DNA of 61,311 bases, counting the filler, from Sluysia triapertura (Eukaryota): the NCBI GenBank assembly GCA_046118255.1. It is 4 parts of 4 records of this genome, joined end to end, with 100 filler letters (N's around TTAATTAATTAA, not from the genome) between each part and the next. Parts side by side here need not be neighbours in the genome. Positions count along the whole stretch, not along the records: positions 1 to 18,811 come from JBJNIA010117528.1; 3 more parts are not named here. One strand, 5' to 3'. The notes below the pieces were generated by a model. It worked only from the letters and a program-made list of their open reading frames with translations. It had not been told where the DNA came from and did no database searches. How positions within the stretch are numbered: position 1 is the first letter of the stretch; each line of letters opens with the position of its first letter. Positions 1-11,285 of this stretch are shown here, in pieces. Position numbers and translations under genes: made by a program.

Positions 1-280
1 CGAATATCCTTTATTTAATCACAATTTAATTATAAGACCTTTCAAATCAAATTCAGATAACTTTAAAGAATTTATTATACGTTCACTATCTTTTTATTTA
101 TTCCTCCTCAATTCATTTTATTTCAATTTGATATGTAAGAAGTGTATAAGATCTAAAGAAAAGATCGTGTGTTATTGAGAATTAAAGATTTATGCATATT
201 TATTGTTGTTGATATTATAATTATTATTATTTTTCTTATTATTACTTTTAGTATTATTATTATTATTACTGTTATGAACA

Positions 281-321
<41 letters not shown>

Positions 322-560
322 TTTATCAAACATTTTATTATTTTATAAATAGCTCAAATCAAAAATTGTTGTCACCATCATCGGTAATGACATCTCATTT
401 AATTATGTCATTCACCACTCATTACTGATGATGGTGTATAATTAAAATTTTATCAATGGTGACATTAGCCAATCAGAGTTAAAATCATCGTCATAATAAT
501 AAAATATACTCTGATTGGGCATACTACACAACAACAAATCAAAAATGTTGGCAAAAATAT
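1..560 (+). repeat. Family A copy (cut by window edge): body end, (ATT)n, hairpin, CCAAT inverted pair
   Basis: 131-196 aligns with the reverse complement of ~33890-33957 (atatgt.agaa..aagatcgt..gttattg.ga). Hairpin arms are 373-390 and 419-436. CCAATCAGAGT at 469-479 pairs with ACTCTGATTGG at 508-518. Confidence 0.7.
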
Positions 561-776
561 AATGTTGGAGAACATTAATTTATTAATAACGTTTCATAAA
601 AATCTTTTCTCAGATAGCAGCAATTATCGATAAAATACTACAGGAATTTTATGTTGAACATTGTCAATAATATTTAAAGCTAAAAATAGAACTAAAAATA
701 AAAGATCAAAAATTAAAAGTACTAAAACTTGTAGCAAATATTAAAATATTGGTAATCATCCTAAAAGTCTGTTTAA

Positions 777-1220
777 CTTGGTTTAATTATGAAGGCTCAT
801 AAATTAAGTGTACTGTGTGATTATGAAATTACATTGATTATCCTTAATAGTAATAACAAACTTTATCAATATGCTAATAGTGATATGGACACGATTTTGT
901 TGTGGTATACTCATTACGAAGAAAACCATGAATCTAAAACGAATAAAGAGCTACAAGACATGTCTTGGAATCCTAAGAAATCCGATTCTAATCATTCTGA
1001 TGATGATGATAATGACAATGACGAACTACCTAACCGTAAAGTAGAAGGATTAAGTGTTGATTTAGAACATATTAATGCGGTGTCAGTTAATATAGATTTG
1101 GTATCAATTGCGAAAATTGCATTAGATAGTAGTGGTATTAATTCAATAATTTCTAATCATGCATATCAAGATAATGATCGAAATTCTCAATGTTTAGTTG
1201 TATCCCATGATCAAATATAA
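777..1220 (+). pseudogene. N-terminally truncated MEF2-type MADS-box gene copy
   Basis: [56 protein letters not shown] aligns to MEF2 [56 protein letters not shown]. There is an in-frame TAA at 774-776 and no MGRKKI..VTFTKRK upstream. Confidence 0.85.
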
Positions 1221-1259
1221 AACATAGTTGTAATTACGCAAAACCAAAATGTTGTTTAT

Positions 1260-2593
1260 GTGGTTAATAATGTGTCTGGTCATTATTGTTCGGCATTAAT
1301 TACTTATGGAATTACAAAATTGAATAGCGGCTTAAGTAATCATTACGATGACAAATTTATTAAAACAAGAAAAGAAGCTCAAATGATAAAATTACATTTT
1401 AGTGATCATCATGATGTATCAAATGTTAGTCAAACAGTTAAACGTTTTAAGGAAACAAATTATGTACGTCAAGATCGAGATTTTGTTGCAGGTGCTGTTC
1501 TAAGGCCGATTCAAAGTGTTGCTAGTGGTAGATCCACCTCTAAACAGTCGTCGTTGGCTGAAAAAGCAGGACCACATCATAAATTGAAATTTAACGATTA
1601 TGAAATCAAATTTACAAATATCGAATTATTTGATCAAAACAACGTTACAACCGAGTATGATAACCAAAACGGTCATTCTGATTACAGCAATCTTGTTGAT
1701 GAACAACTCAAGAAAAAGGTAGTGTCTCAAAATAACCAAACCGACGTTGAAGTAAACGACGAATCAATTGATGAGAAAGTGGAAGAAGGTGATGAAGATT
1801 ACGAAGATAATTGTCAGTTGAAAGAGCAGCTTCTTGCCTCGATTATTTCAAATAATGGCGAAGATATCAAAAGTAATAATTTGACATTAAATTATATTTA
1901 TATTTTTGTTAACAGTGATTATTTCCATATTATTTATTGTAGGACTTTTAGTTTATCCAATAACGAAACTAGATCCCGGGACGAAGAGATGCTGCATTTC
2001 TTAACAAATTTCAAAATAGTGTTTATAATTTTAGATAAATTACATAGTTCAATAAATTACGATCTTAATCCTTTTAGACTTTTTTGTTTATATGATACAG
2101 ACGAAAATGTTAAGTTTAATAATAAGAAAATACAGAAAGATGTTAAATTGAATAACAAAAAACTAAGAAAGATGTTAAGTCGAATAACAAAAAAACTCAG
2201 AAAGATGTTAAGTTATACAACAAACAAAAGTTTAATAAGGCCGTTCAGGAAATTGAGCATAGCGTTGATACAGAAAAATCTCAAGAGGACAATGACGAAG
2301 TTAAAGTCGAATTTTCAGATGACGAAATGACTTTTGATAGCGATGATATATGTAGTTCAAATAAAGTTGAATTCTATAAAATCTTAAGGGTTATCAATCT
2401 AGTCTACCCTAATATTAGAATATCTAAATCATTGAATTTTCATTACACTATAAGTAAATATAATATTCCAAAGTTTAAATTTTATCAATATTGTTATTTC
2501 CTATATCAATTAACGCCTTCAAAATCTTTTATAACTTTAAATCATAATAAATCTAAAATAACAACAATACAACACCCCATAAGTTATACCTAA
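1260..2593 (+). pseudogene. Low-complexity acidic/basic reading frame downstream of MEF2 (possibly its continuation), with a 1-nt frameshift near 2157-2162
   Basis: The 356-aa ORF is in the same frame as the MEF2 ORF, past its stop. Adding one A in a homopolymer restores the KDVKLNNKKT repeat and joins it to ORF 2327-2593 through DTEKSQEDNDEVKVEFSDDEM. No family was recognised. Confidence 0.45.
2100..2230 (+). repeat. 33-bp coding tandem repeat (~4 units, KDVK[L/S]NNKKT[Q/K])
   Basis: agaaagatgttaa(a/g)t(t/c)gaataacaaaaaa(a)ct recurs at about 33-nt period. Confidence 0.8.
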
Positions 2594-2929
2594 AAATCTT
2601 CAACTCGCTTAATTAAAAGAGAAGCTAGACTTCTAAGTGTATTAACCATCCATCACCATACTGTTCCCAACAAAATATAGTAATTTACCACCAATTTGTG
2701 GTTGACTAATTTTCAATAATTTCAAGTTTAAGTGAATAGTTAAACTTGTTTTCCTTTAGTAAGAAAAATAAGTTGGTTGTCCGGTATCATCACAAATATT
2801 AATTTTTATATTATTTTTATAGTTACAGTATCTGTATTGATTTTCATTTTCTTTAGTATTTGAAAAGCAAATTGATCTCAATAATGGTACATTTTTGTTT
2901 CCAAAATAAGTTGGTTCAATTAAATTCCA

Positions 2930-2977
<48 letters not shown>

Positions 2978-5900
2978 GATTTTATGATTTTCTAATTCAA
3001 CTTTTTGAAAGCATAGTTAAGATTTAATTGCATCATCGAATGTGTAATGTTTTTACAAAAATAATCTTTATTAAAGTGATATTTTTATTGACTCAAAACT
3101 ATTGATTTAATTTCAAATTCAGCTTAAATACCAAGCGTTTATTCAATCATTACTAAATGAATATCGGTTATAAAATAACCAATATCTGATACATATTCAT
3201 TGGAAAAAAATGAATAATCAATATTTAATTTCTCAATGGATAATAATTTCACTTATTTTTATTTTGTCTGTACAATGATGCTTATTTAAGTAATAATCCA
3301 TAATTTTTAGTATTACTTTTTTTATTTTCCGTCAATATATTAATCATAGATTTGTTGAAGTATTGCATTTTATAAATGTTTTCTACAATAAATGATTTAT
3401 CAATAAGTTTATTTTTCTCATCAAAGAATAAATTAATGTTAGCAGTAAAGGTAAATTAATCTTAACTTATAGCTTATATAATAAGAAAAATATGTCTATT
3501 TAAAAGACTTACTGAGCTTACTTAGAAGCTTACTTAAATATCTTAAACATCCATTTCTTACCTATTTGTGATACTTAAATTCAGGCGCCAATTTTTTTTA
3601 CTTATTTCTTCTTAACTTTTGAAGTGCAAGATTTTTACAAATTAAAGAAATGATAAGCACGGTTTATCTCTGCAAGGAGGACGTCCTGTTAGGCTTTTTG
3701 GATTTTACAATAAGTCTTAAATTTCAAGTCAAAAGGTATCATTTAGTCACGTTAATTTTTATCTTAAGTTATTTTAGAATTTCTAAATTAAATTAGCCGT
3801 TATAATCTAATAACAAAAATTAAAGTTTAAGCTAGCCTTTATGGTCTAGTGTGCAATTAAATGAAATTTATAAAGTTAAGTTATCCTTATTAAGGTCTAG
3901 CAGATAAATCAATATTTTAAATTAAAGAATTAAATAAGGATCAAAATTTATTTATTATCAAAAAGGTAAAAGAAAATCCTTAACAATTAATAAGCTAACA
4001 ATAAATATTACAACTTAATAGACAAAGATAATGATAATGAGCTTCATCACTTAAGGATTTTAACTCCTTAGTAATGATACAGGATTTTAATTAATTAAGT
4101 AAATAAGCTAACCTTTAAGATCTAGCATGCAATTTTAGATAATTTAGGTAAGATTTTTAATAATTTCTTATCATAAGATTAAACTTAACACAAATAAATT
4201 CCTTTTGCATGGAAATTTGCGTGGATTCCTGGATGAGTTTACTTTTTTGGTTGCTATAATAGAAATTCAAATTTTTTAAATTTCTTAAAAATAAAATTAT
4301 TATTTATTTTATTAACAAAATTTATTTTATTAAATTTAACTTTTATAAATTTATCAAAAATTTATTTTGTTTAATTAACAAAAGTAATTTAATAGAATTT
4401 TATTTAACTTTTATAATATTAATAATAAATAAATCAAGTAAATACATTAAAACATAAATTAAAGCTAAACACAAAATATAAATTAAAGAGTTCAATGCTT
4501 GCGTTCTAACAGAAGCAAATTGATAATACTATTATGGGTCCGTTTACAGTCTATGAGAGAGGGTGTAACTGTAAATACGACAGTGAATACAATTTGACTA
4601 TTACGACTCTTAAGAGTCACATTTTACTAGAGTGCTCTTTGTTTTAGCGTAATTCAATTATTCCTCAATAACACAAAGATAAATTCCGTAAGTTTTTTTG
4701 TAACTAAATATGTATAAAATATAAATAACTGAAATGTAATATAATTAAGATGGAATTACATATATTGCAAACTGGTCTTAATGTCTTACACCAAATTATC
4801 AATATAAATACTTAATTTAAAAATTCGAAATTTCGCTCTAATATTAGGAAATTTAATTTTAAAAAGATTTTGAGATTTTATTATTACAATCTAGGAAGTA
4901 ATAGATTTTAAGTCTACTTTAAGTTTCACGTACGTGAAACAGGTCTTACAATGGAAAACTTATGGTTGACATTGAGAAAATGATTAATCTTGTTCGATCT
5001 TTGTTAAAAATGTTTGTTAGAATCTGATATCGAAAATTTCTAATAATAAATTAACTTTTTTGTGGTTATTATTTTACTTTGATACCATTTTACATATTCA
5101 CCAAAATAGTAATAAAATTCTAAAGCATGAAAATCATAAAAAATTTAATAGCAGTTAATAAAATTCTGTTGACATAAATTATTACAATGAAATAGTTACA
5201 AAATTTTATAGTAAAAACAAAGTAGTTATAAAATTTCATAATTAAATTTTTATCTAATACTTAAACCTAATATTAAAATGTTTTTCAAAAATTTACAAAA
5301 TATTTACATTACAAAAATTTTACAAAATGTTTCTACAAAATATTAAAATATTTTTACTTTTATGTTTTCTATTTCTATTTCTATTTTCTGACTTATCATT
5401 TATGCACATACCTAACCTAAAACAAAGGAACTAATTAACACCAAATTCACAAACGATTTTTCAAATTAGGCGCGCGTAAACAAGTAAATTAATTTATTAA
5501 TTATCCGATCCATCCCATCACCGGGAAGATGAGTACTTGTATAGCACAGGTATTTCTATCTACTATATTTCTACTGTGCAGTGGAAAATTAATATCCACT
5601 GTAAACAATTAATTGGCAATCATCGTTCGAAGTTTATATCTCATTCAATAATAATCATTCCTTCTAAGTACAAAGCTATTGTACTCTGTGTATTAGTTAT
5701 TTGTAGTACCATTTCTCGACGACAAACGATTTGATTATACCTTGCATTATGTCCGTATGTTTTTTTGTGGAAGTTTTTCCTTATATATATTAAGGAATAA
5801 AATTAGAAGTAGACTATTTCCTAGCTAGTTTAAGACTAGTTATAAAATATGACCTTAAAATTCATCAAAAAATTATAAGTGATTCATTATATATATATAT

Positions 5901-7614
5901 ATATGTACATTTGCGTATATTTTATGACCATAAACTATCTTTAAATGTTGTTCTTATCTACTTACGCGTTAAACAGAAAAGTACAGTAATAATAGTAAAC
6001 CTTCAAAAGAGTTTATTATCGCTACTCTTATTATTTGGTGAATTGTATCAAATTGTTTACATTAAAATGAATATAACTCTTGTTTGATTTAGTGGTTTTC
6101 GGAACGCTAAAGAAAGAAATTGCAAAGGCGTAATTAAGAATAAGTCAACTATAAATTTAAAGAACTGTGAAATCTATTGAAATCAAACAAATTAAAGAAC
6201 CTGCCCAAATAGTTTTGCAATATATTAATGATTAAATTAAAGGTGAGAGTTGACCACTTAAGGTCGCATTGTATAATAACATACAAATAGCAAGATGTGT
6301 TCTCGTGCGTTATCGCACCATTGTAAACCGCGTTTTATAGCCTTGACACCATTAACTCATTAGTAAAGTTATTTTATTTTATTATGAAAATAACATATCT
6401 CATCCATAAGAAAATGAAATAGTAATAGGAACTCAAATAAAATTTATTAGAACACTTATCGATTGTCTATCGTACCGTACAATGCAGAACAGACCCAGTA
6501 TCTGCAAATAAAATAGAAATTCTATATGGATACTTTCGAAAAGGATATGATACTTACAATAGGCGAGCCCATTGTTACATTTATTTTGCGAAAATCACAT
6601 AAAACACTTGTAAACAAAAAGATAGTCACAAATTAAATACAAATTATTACAATCAGTTATATTTTAATAAAGATCAACTATTAAACTATAATACTCAAAT
6701 CCAAGAGTGACACAACCTAAAAATGTTAGTACTCTTATAAGCATAACAAAACGTAGGTTAACTAACCACAATAATACATGAAAATATTGAAGTTTAATCC
6801 ATTGGTAAAGTTAAGCTAAAGCGTTGGAACAGCCTTAATAGAGCAAGAAAAGTTTATCTTCAATAGTTTATTTTGCTACTTGTATTGGTACAGAAAAAAT
6901 GTGATCAATAATTTCTTAGGAAATTAAAAATTGGAAATTCGACGGTTATCAGCCGATCGATTTTAATAATAAAATTTCGTCATGATTATTATAGTAAAGT
7001 TTACTGTTTCAATAATACATTAACTTAATCATAAAATAAAATACAAAATTTCTTTTGCATATTAACTTTCAATGCAATAAGACACCAATACGTTACACAC
7101 CGATTTAAGTAATTTGCCTGAATTGGTATTTTAATGAGCAGTGATTTAATATTTTCTTATATTATGCAGGAATATTGCAACATGTAAATTTAACTTTATA
7201 TTATAGAAAATTAATTAAAATGAATAATCTTTGTTACCTGTGTCGATATGTTTCATAACATGTCAACATTAGAAACATTGATGAATTTCAACTTTATAAT
7301 TCAATTCATATGTGATTTTGCCATGCACAAGCACCTTACATAAAGTTATTAAGTCCAAAGTTTCTAATTAAATTAATTAAATGTACTTTTACATTTTCAA
7401 AGAAAAAACCTTATAGAGGGTTTTCTTCGTATCTTTCCTTTTAATTTAAGCATGGCCAATTAATAAATATAATCCATCATAGTGTTTTATTTTATTCTGC
7501 AAGCTACACTTGCCCATCCTCATCTTTCACTAGAACTAACATATTAAAAAGTACTACAGTATTACAAGCAAGTGCAGTCCTACATCACTTAGGATAAATT
7601 AAATATGATACATA

Positions 7615-7918
7615 AATTGCTTGGGATTCGAACCCAAAATCTTCTTCCTACACAATTAGTTGCTCCAGCACTGAATAATTCGTTCCAACATTTGGTTTAT
7701 TTTTAGAATAACAAATTATGCACTTGTTTTAATTTTCACTTTTTAGCCTATTGAGTGCCTAAACGTTCTACTCATTTCAATTATTTGACATTAAACACAG
7801 TTTAATAATTTATAGGCAAGCTATATAAATATTAGATGTCTCAATATAGACTAAGCAAGATTCGAATCCCGTATCTCCTGTCACTCACTTTCTACGCTAT
7901 CAGCTCCATAATCGTTCA
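7615..7918 (-). repeat. Two tandem tRNA-like (SINE-head-like) degenerate units, 7615-7688 and 7853-7918
   Basis: B-box GGGTTCGAATCCC at 7635-7623 and GGGATTCGAATCT at ~7870-7858. Both units begin gaacga(a)ttat. No convincing cloverleaf. Confidence 0.45.
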
Positions 7919-8970
7919 TTATAGTAAATGGTACAATTATTTATTTGGTCATTTTTAATCTACTCAATACCACAATATTATTTATTTACAATTGTTACTG
8001 TATTTAGTAAAATTTTCTTTATTGAAACAAAAAATAAATATAACAACGTAATAACAATAAAATAAGAATTCGTAAAATAAAGATAAAATAAATATATTGA
8101 TTATAACAAAAATAAATGAATGAATAAAAATATTTAAAATAAAATATTGCTGAAATGTTTATTTACAAATCAATGATAACATATGAAATTATAATTTATT
8201 TATATAGTTTTTTTCAAACACATTTTAAAATTTACAGTATTAAATTTTATTTTTAATTTTATAATAAAAATGTCTAATGAACTCAAATGAATTCATCGTT
8301 TAAATTATGAAACACGGATATTACTAAACAAAATTGTCCATATAAACAATGTAAAATTCGTAACTTTTTTTGTTTTAGATTGATTAAAATTACATTATTA
8401 AACTCTATTTTACAATTTTTATCTAAAAGATTAAGTTTCACGTTGAAATAGAATTGTGGTAAACAGACAGGAAAACAAAATTGTTTGATTGTACCATTAA
8501 TATTAATATATTTAAATAAAAACCAAATCATAAGTTTGTATAAATACAACCAAGTTCTTTATTTTAAAGAAATTGAAAAAAGATGAAAGCATTTGGATTG
8601 CACAATTAAAATCTTGGTACACAAAACCTACAAATGAAAACATTATGTTGAAGATTACGAAATAAGAACGTGTAAAAACTACTATTTTTGTTTCATTTCG
8701 AGGATATCAGCAAGGAAATTTAAAAAGCCAATATTAACTTACAAATTTTTAATTGAATATGCAGCAATACGATAAATAGTTTAAATAGTGTAAACTTGCA
8801 CAGTAATTTTTTTAATATTTCTCAATGATTTAAAACTCCGTGAAGAATAATTAATATCAGCTAACAATATAAAAGTCAAGAATATTAACCAGTAATGACT
8901 TCGTTGATTTTTTCTATAAATTGAATATTTTATTAAAATGCAATATAGGTGTGCTAGTATTTCAATATAA

Positions 8971-8971
<1 letters not shown>

Positions 8972-9036
<65 letters not shown>
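8972..9036. repeat. (AAT)n microsatellite; similar tracts at ~283-320, 11100-11162, 22837-22883, 31876-31939, 32275-32313 and 33829-33880; (AT)n at 2932-2974
   Basis: Directly visible. Confidence 0.95.
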
Positions 9037-9037
<1 letters not shown>

Positions 9038-11095
9038 GATATACCTTTATAATTATTATTATAGGGTATTGTAAATAAACCCGCCCTTAATAATTCTCTA
9101 AGCATTAGCTGGAAATCATGATTTTTGACGAAGACAACATAGTCAACAGCGTCACATATAGAGGGAATATATTCTAAATATTCTGTTAAAGATTCACCAT
9201 CTTTGTTTATAACTGACATTTTTTGTTTAGGTCAAATAAATAACACAATAAAGGCGGGTTTTGCTCAGAGTCCTCAAATTTCATTCAAAGAGATTAGATT
9301 TCCATATAAACAAAAATTTCATCGCTCCAAGCCATATTAAGAAAATTATTCACTTTCAAATTGGTAATAAATTTTTATAGGTTTTTTCATTGCAAATATA
9401 ACATTCGAATGCTGAATTCCGATGGTTATATCGCGTTATATAATTATAATTCTGTTATATAATTTTATAGTGCTTTTGCTTTTTGTTCTGGAACTTAATC
9501 ATTTACCATGAGTCCAATGTTCCTAATCTGCTATTTGCGTATTTTACGGAAATTTCATTTCTAAAAAGATCAGTCAACAACTGCTTACTAATAAAATATA
9601 CTATTTTACTTTTAACCTATTTGAATATTTTGGTGCAAATACTATCAATACAGAAACGGTCTTCACTATCAAGATATCTTAAAAGAATATTCAATAAATA
9701 TTTTTGTACAAATTATTTTAAACATGAATAAAATAAATTTTATATATTCCTCACTAAAAGTGTACTGCAATTAGTTTACTTTTATTTATCATGTTTTAGC
9801 ATTCAACAAGATGCAATGTCGCGTTACTAAATTTGAAATAATTATATGTACATTTATCTAGAATAAGCAATGCCCAATATTCATCTTGCTAATATATCCG
9901 GGATATCAATCAAATTATTAATTCAAATAGTTTTGGAAAAGCATTTTAATTTTAAGAGTTTAATTGATTTTATCATTAATGATATACCATTTTAAGAGTT
10001 GATTTGATATTAATATAATAATAATAATAAAAATGATGATAATAATAATATAAAAAATTACCGTCAAATACTCTGAGATTACAAATTAATGAAAAAACTT
10101 AATGAGTATGATTGTCTTAGTATATGTATAAAACATTATCTGAGGTAAATACCGAACTAAGGAAAAGTGGTAATATTACCACATAAAAACTGCAAAGAAA
10201 TTTAATTCTGTTTTGTATTTAATACATTATATATCAATTTATTTAATCTTGTTTTAATTTCATTAAATATGTTTTTACATTATCAAAAATGGCATCACGG
10301 TACAAATATGTATAAAAAATATTCGATAATTGCAATAGTAATTAAATATGTAAAAATTGATAAATTTATAATATTCAAACTTCAATATTATGTCAATTTT
10401 TTTAATAAAGTTATATCACGTATAAAATTTATAGAGGTATTGAAACTGGCGTAAAAAGTGCAATTGAATTATTAAAATGAAAATAATTGTTCAGTGTTCA
10501 GAGCGCCGAAATGACTATTCCATCAATTATTTAATTTATCACATTTACTGTTTTACCTTAGATATATGTTAGATCAAAATCAAAGATACATATTTTGAAA
10601 TGAATGTTTAACTATTACATGATTAGATTTCATCTCTTCGAGGACATGTTTAATTTCAGATGCATCAACAAAATTTAATTCACTTTAAATGCATAAGAAA
10701 CACTCTAACTTACACTTTGACAGTTGAGATTCGGTTTCAGGTCAGTAAATTTACGAAAATATTGCGTACTAATTTTCGTAACAATTTCACGAATGAAAGT
10801 TGATTTTTTTCTAAATTTAATGACTAGATATAGTGTTAATAATAAAATAATTATTTTTAAACAATTATAAAATTATAAAAAATTATAAATAATGGATTAC
10901 TTCTCTGATAATTTGAATTAATGCACAAAATAAAACGTTTTCCATAAGTGAATAAAATAATTTGTTTTGTTCAAAATTATATTATATAATATTTATCGTT
11001 TATAATAATTAATAAATTATTATTAGAAAAATTATTTCTATACATTAGAATTTAAATCTCATGCAAATTGAATTTTCATTAAAACAAAAATAAAA

Positions 11096-11163
<68 letters not shown>

Positions 11164-11174
11164 CATAGAGCATA

Positions 11175-11285
11175 TTAATTTTTTTCTTTGAAAGTCGATA
11201 TTTGCTTCCAGATTAGCTGTTTCAACGCTGGTAATGATAAATTATCCAATTCTGGTTCTGAGGTAAAAGGAAATTCGGATTCAGG
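11175..11285 (-). CDS. ERK-type MAP kinase, last coding exon (L16 segment); missed by the ORF track
   Basis: ttttgtag| followed by PESEFPFTSEPELDNLSLPALKQLIWKQISTFKEKN*. It resembles ERK [28 protein letters not shown] and is in phase 0 with the exon at 14002-14111 across a 2716-nt intron. Confidence 0.85.
   Translation of the reverse strand, partial: PESEFPFTSEPELDNLSLPALKQLIWKQISTFKEKN

Noticed and set aside
2756-2977. ORF starting MYIYIYI
   Set aside because: (AT)n artefact.
8962-9219. 85-aa ORF ending in poly-Ile
   Set aside because: The tail is an (AAT)n tract and no family was recognised for the remainder.
9231-9340. TIKAGFA, similar to an actin-family motif
   Set aside because: The motif is too short and the surrounding residues do not fit.
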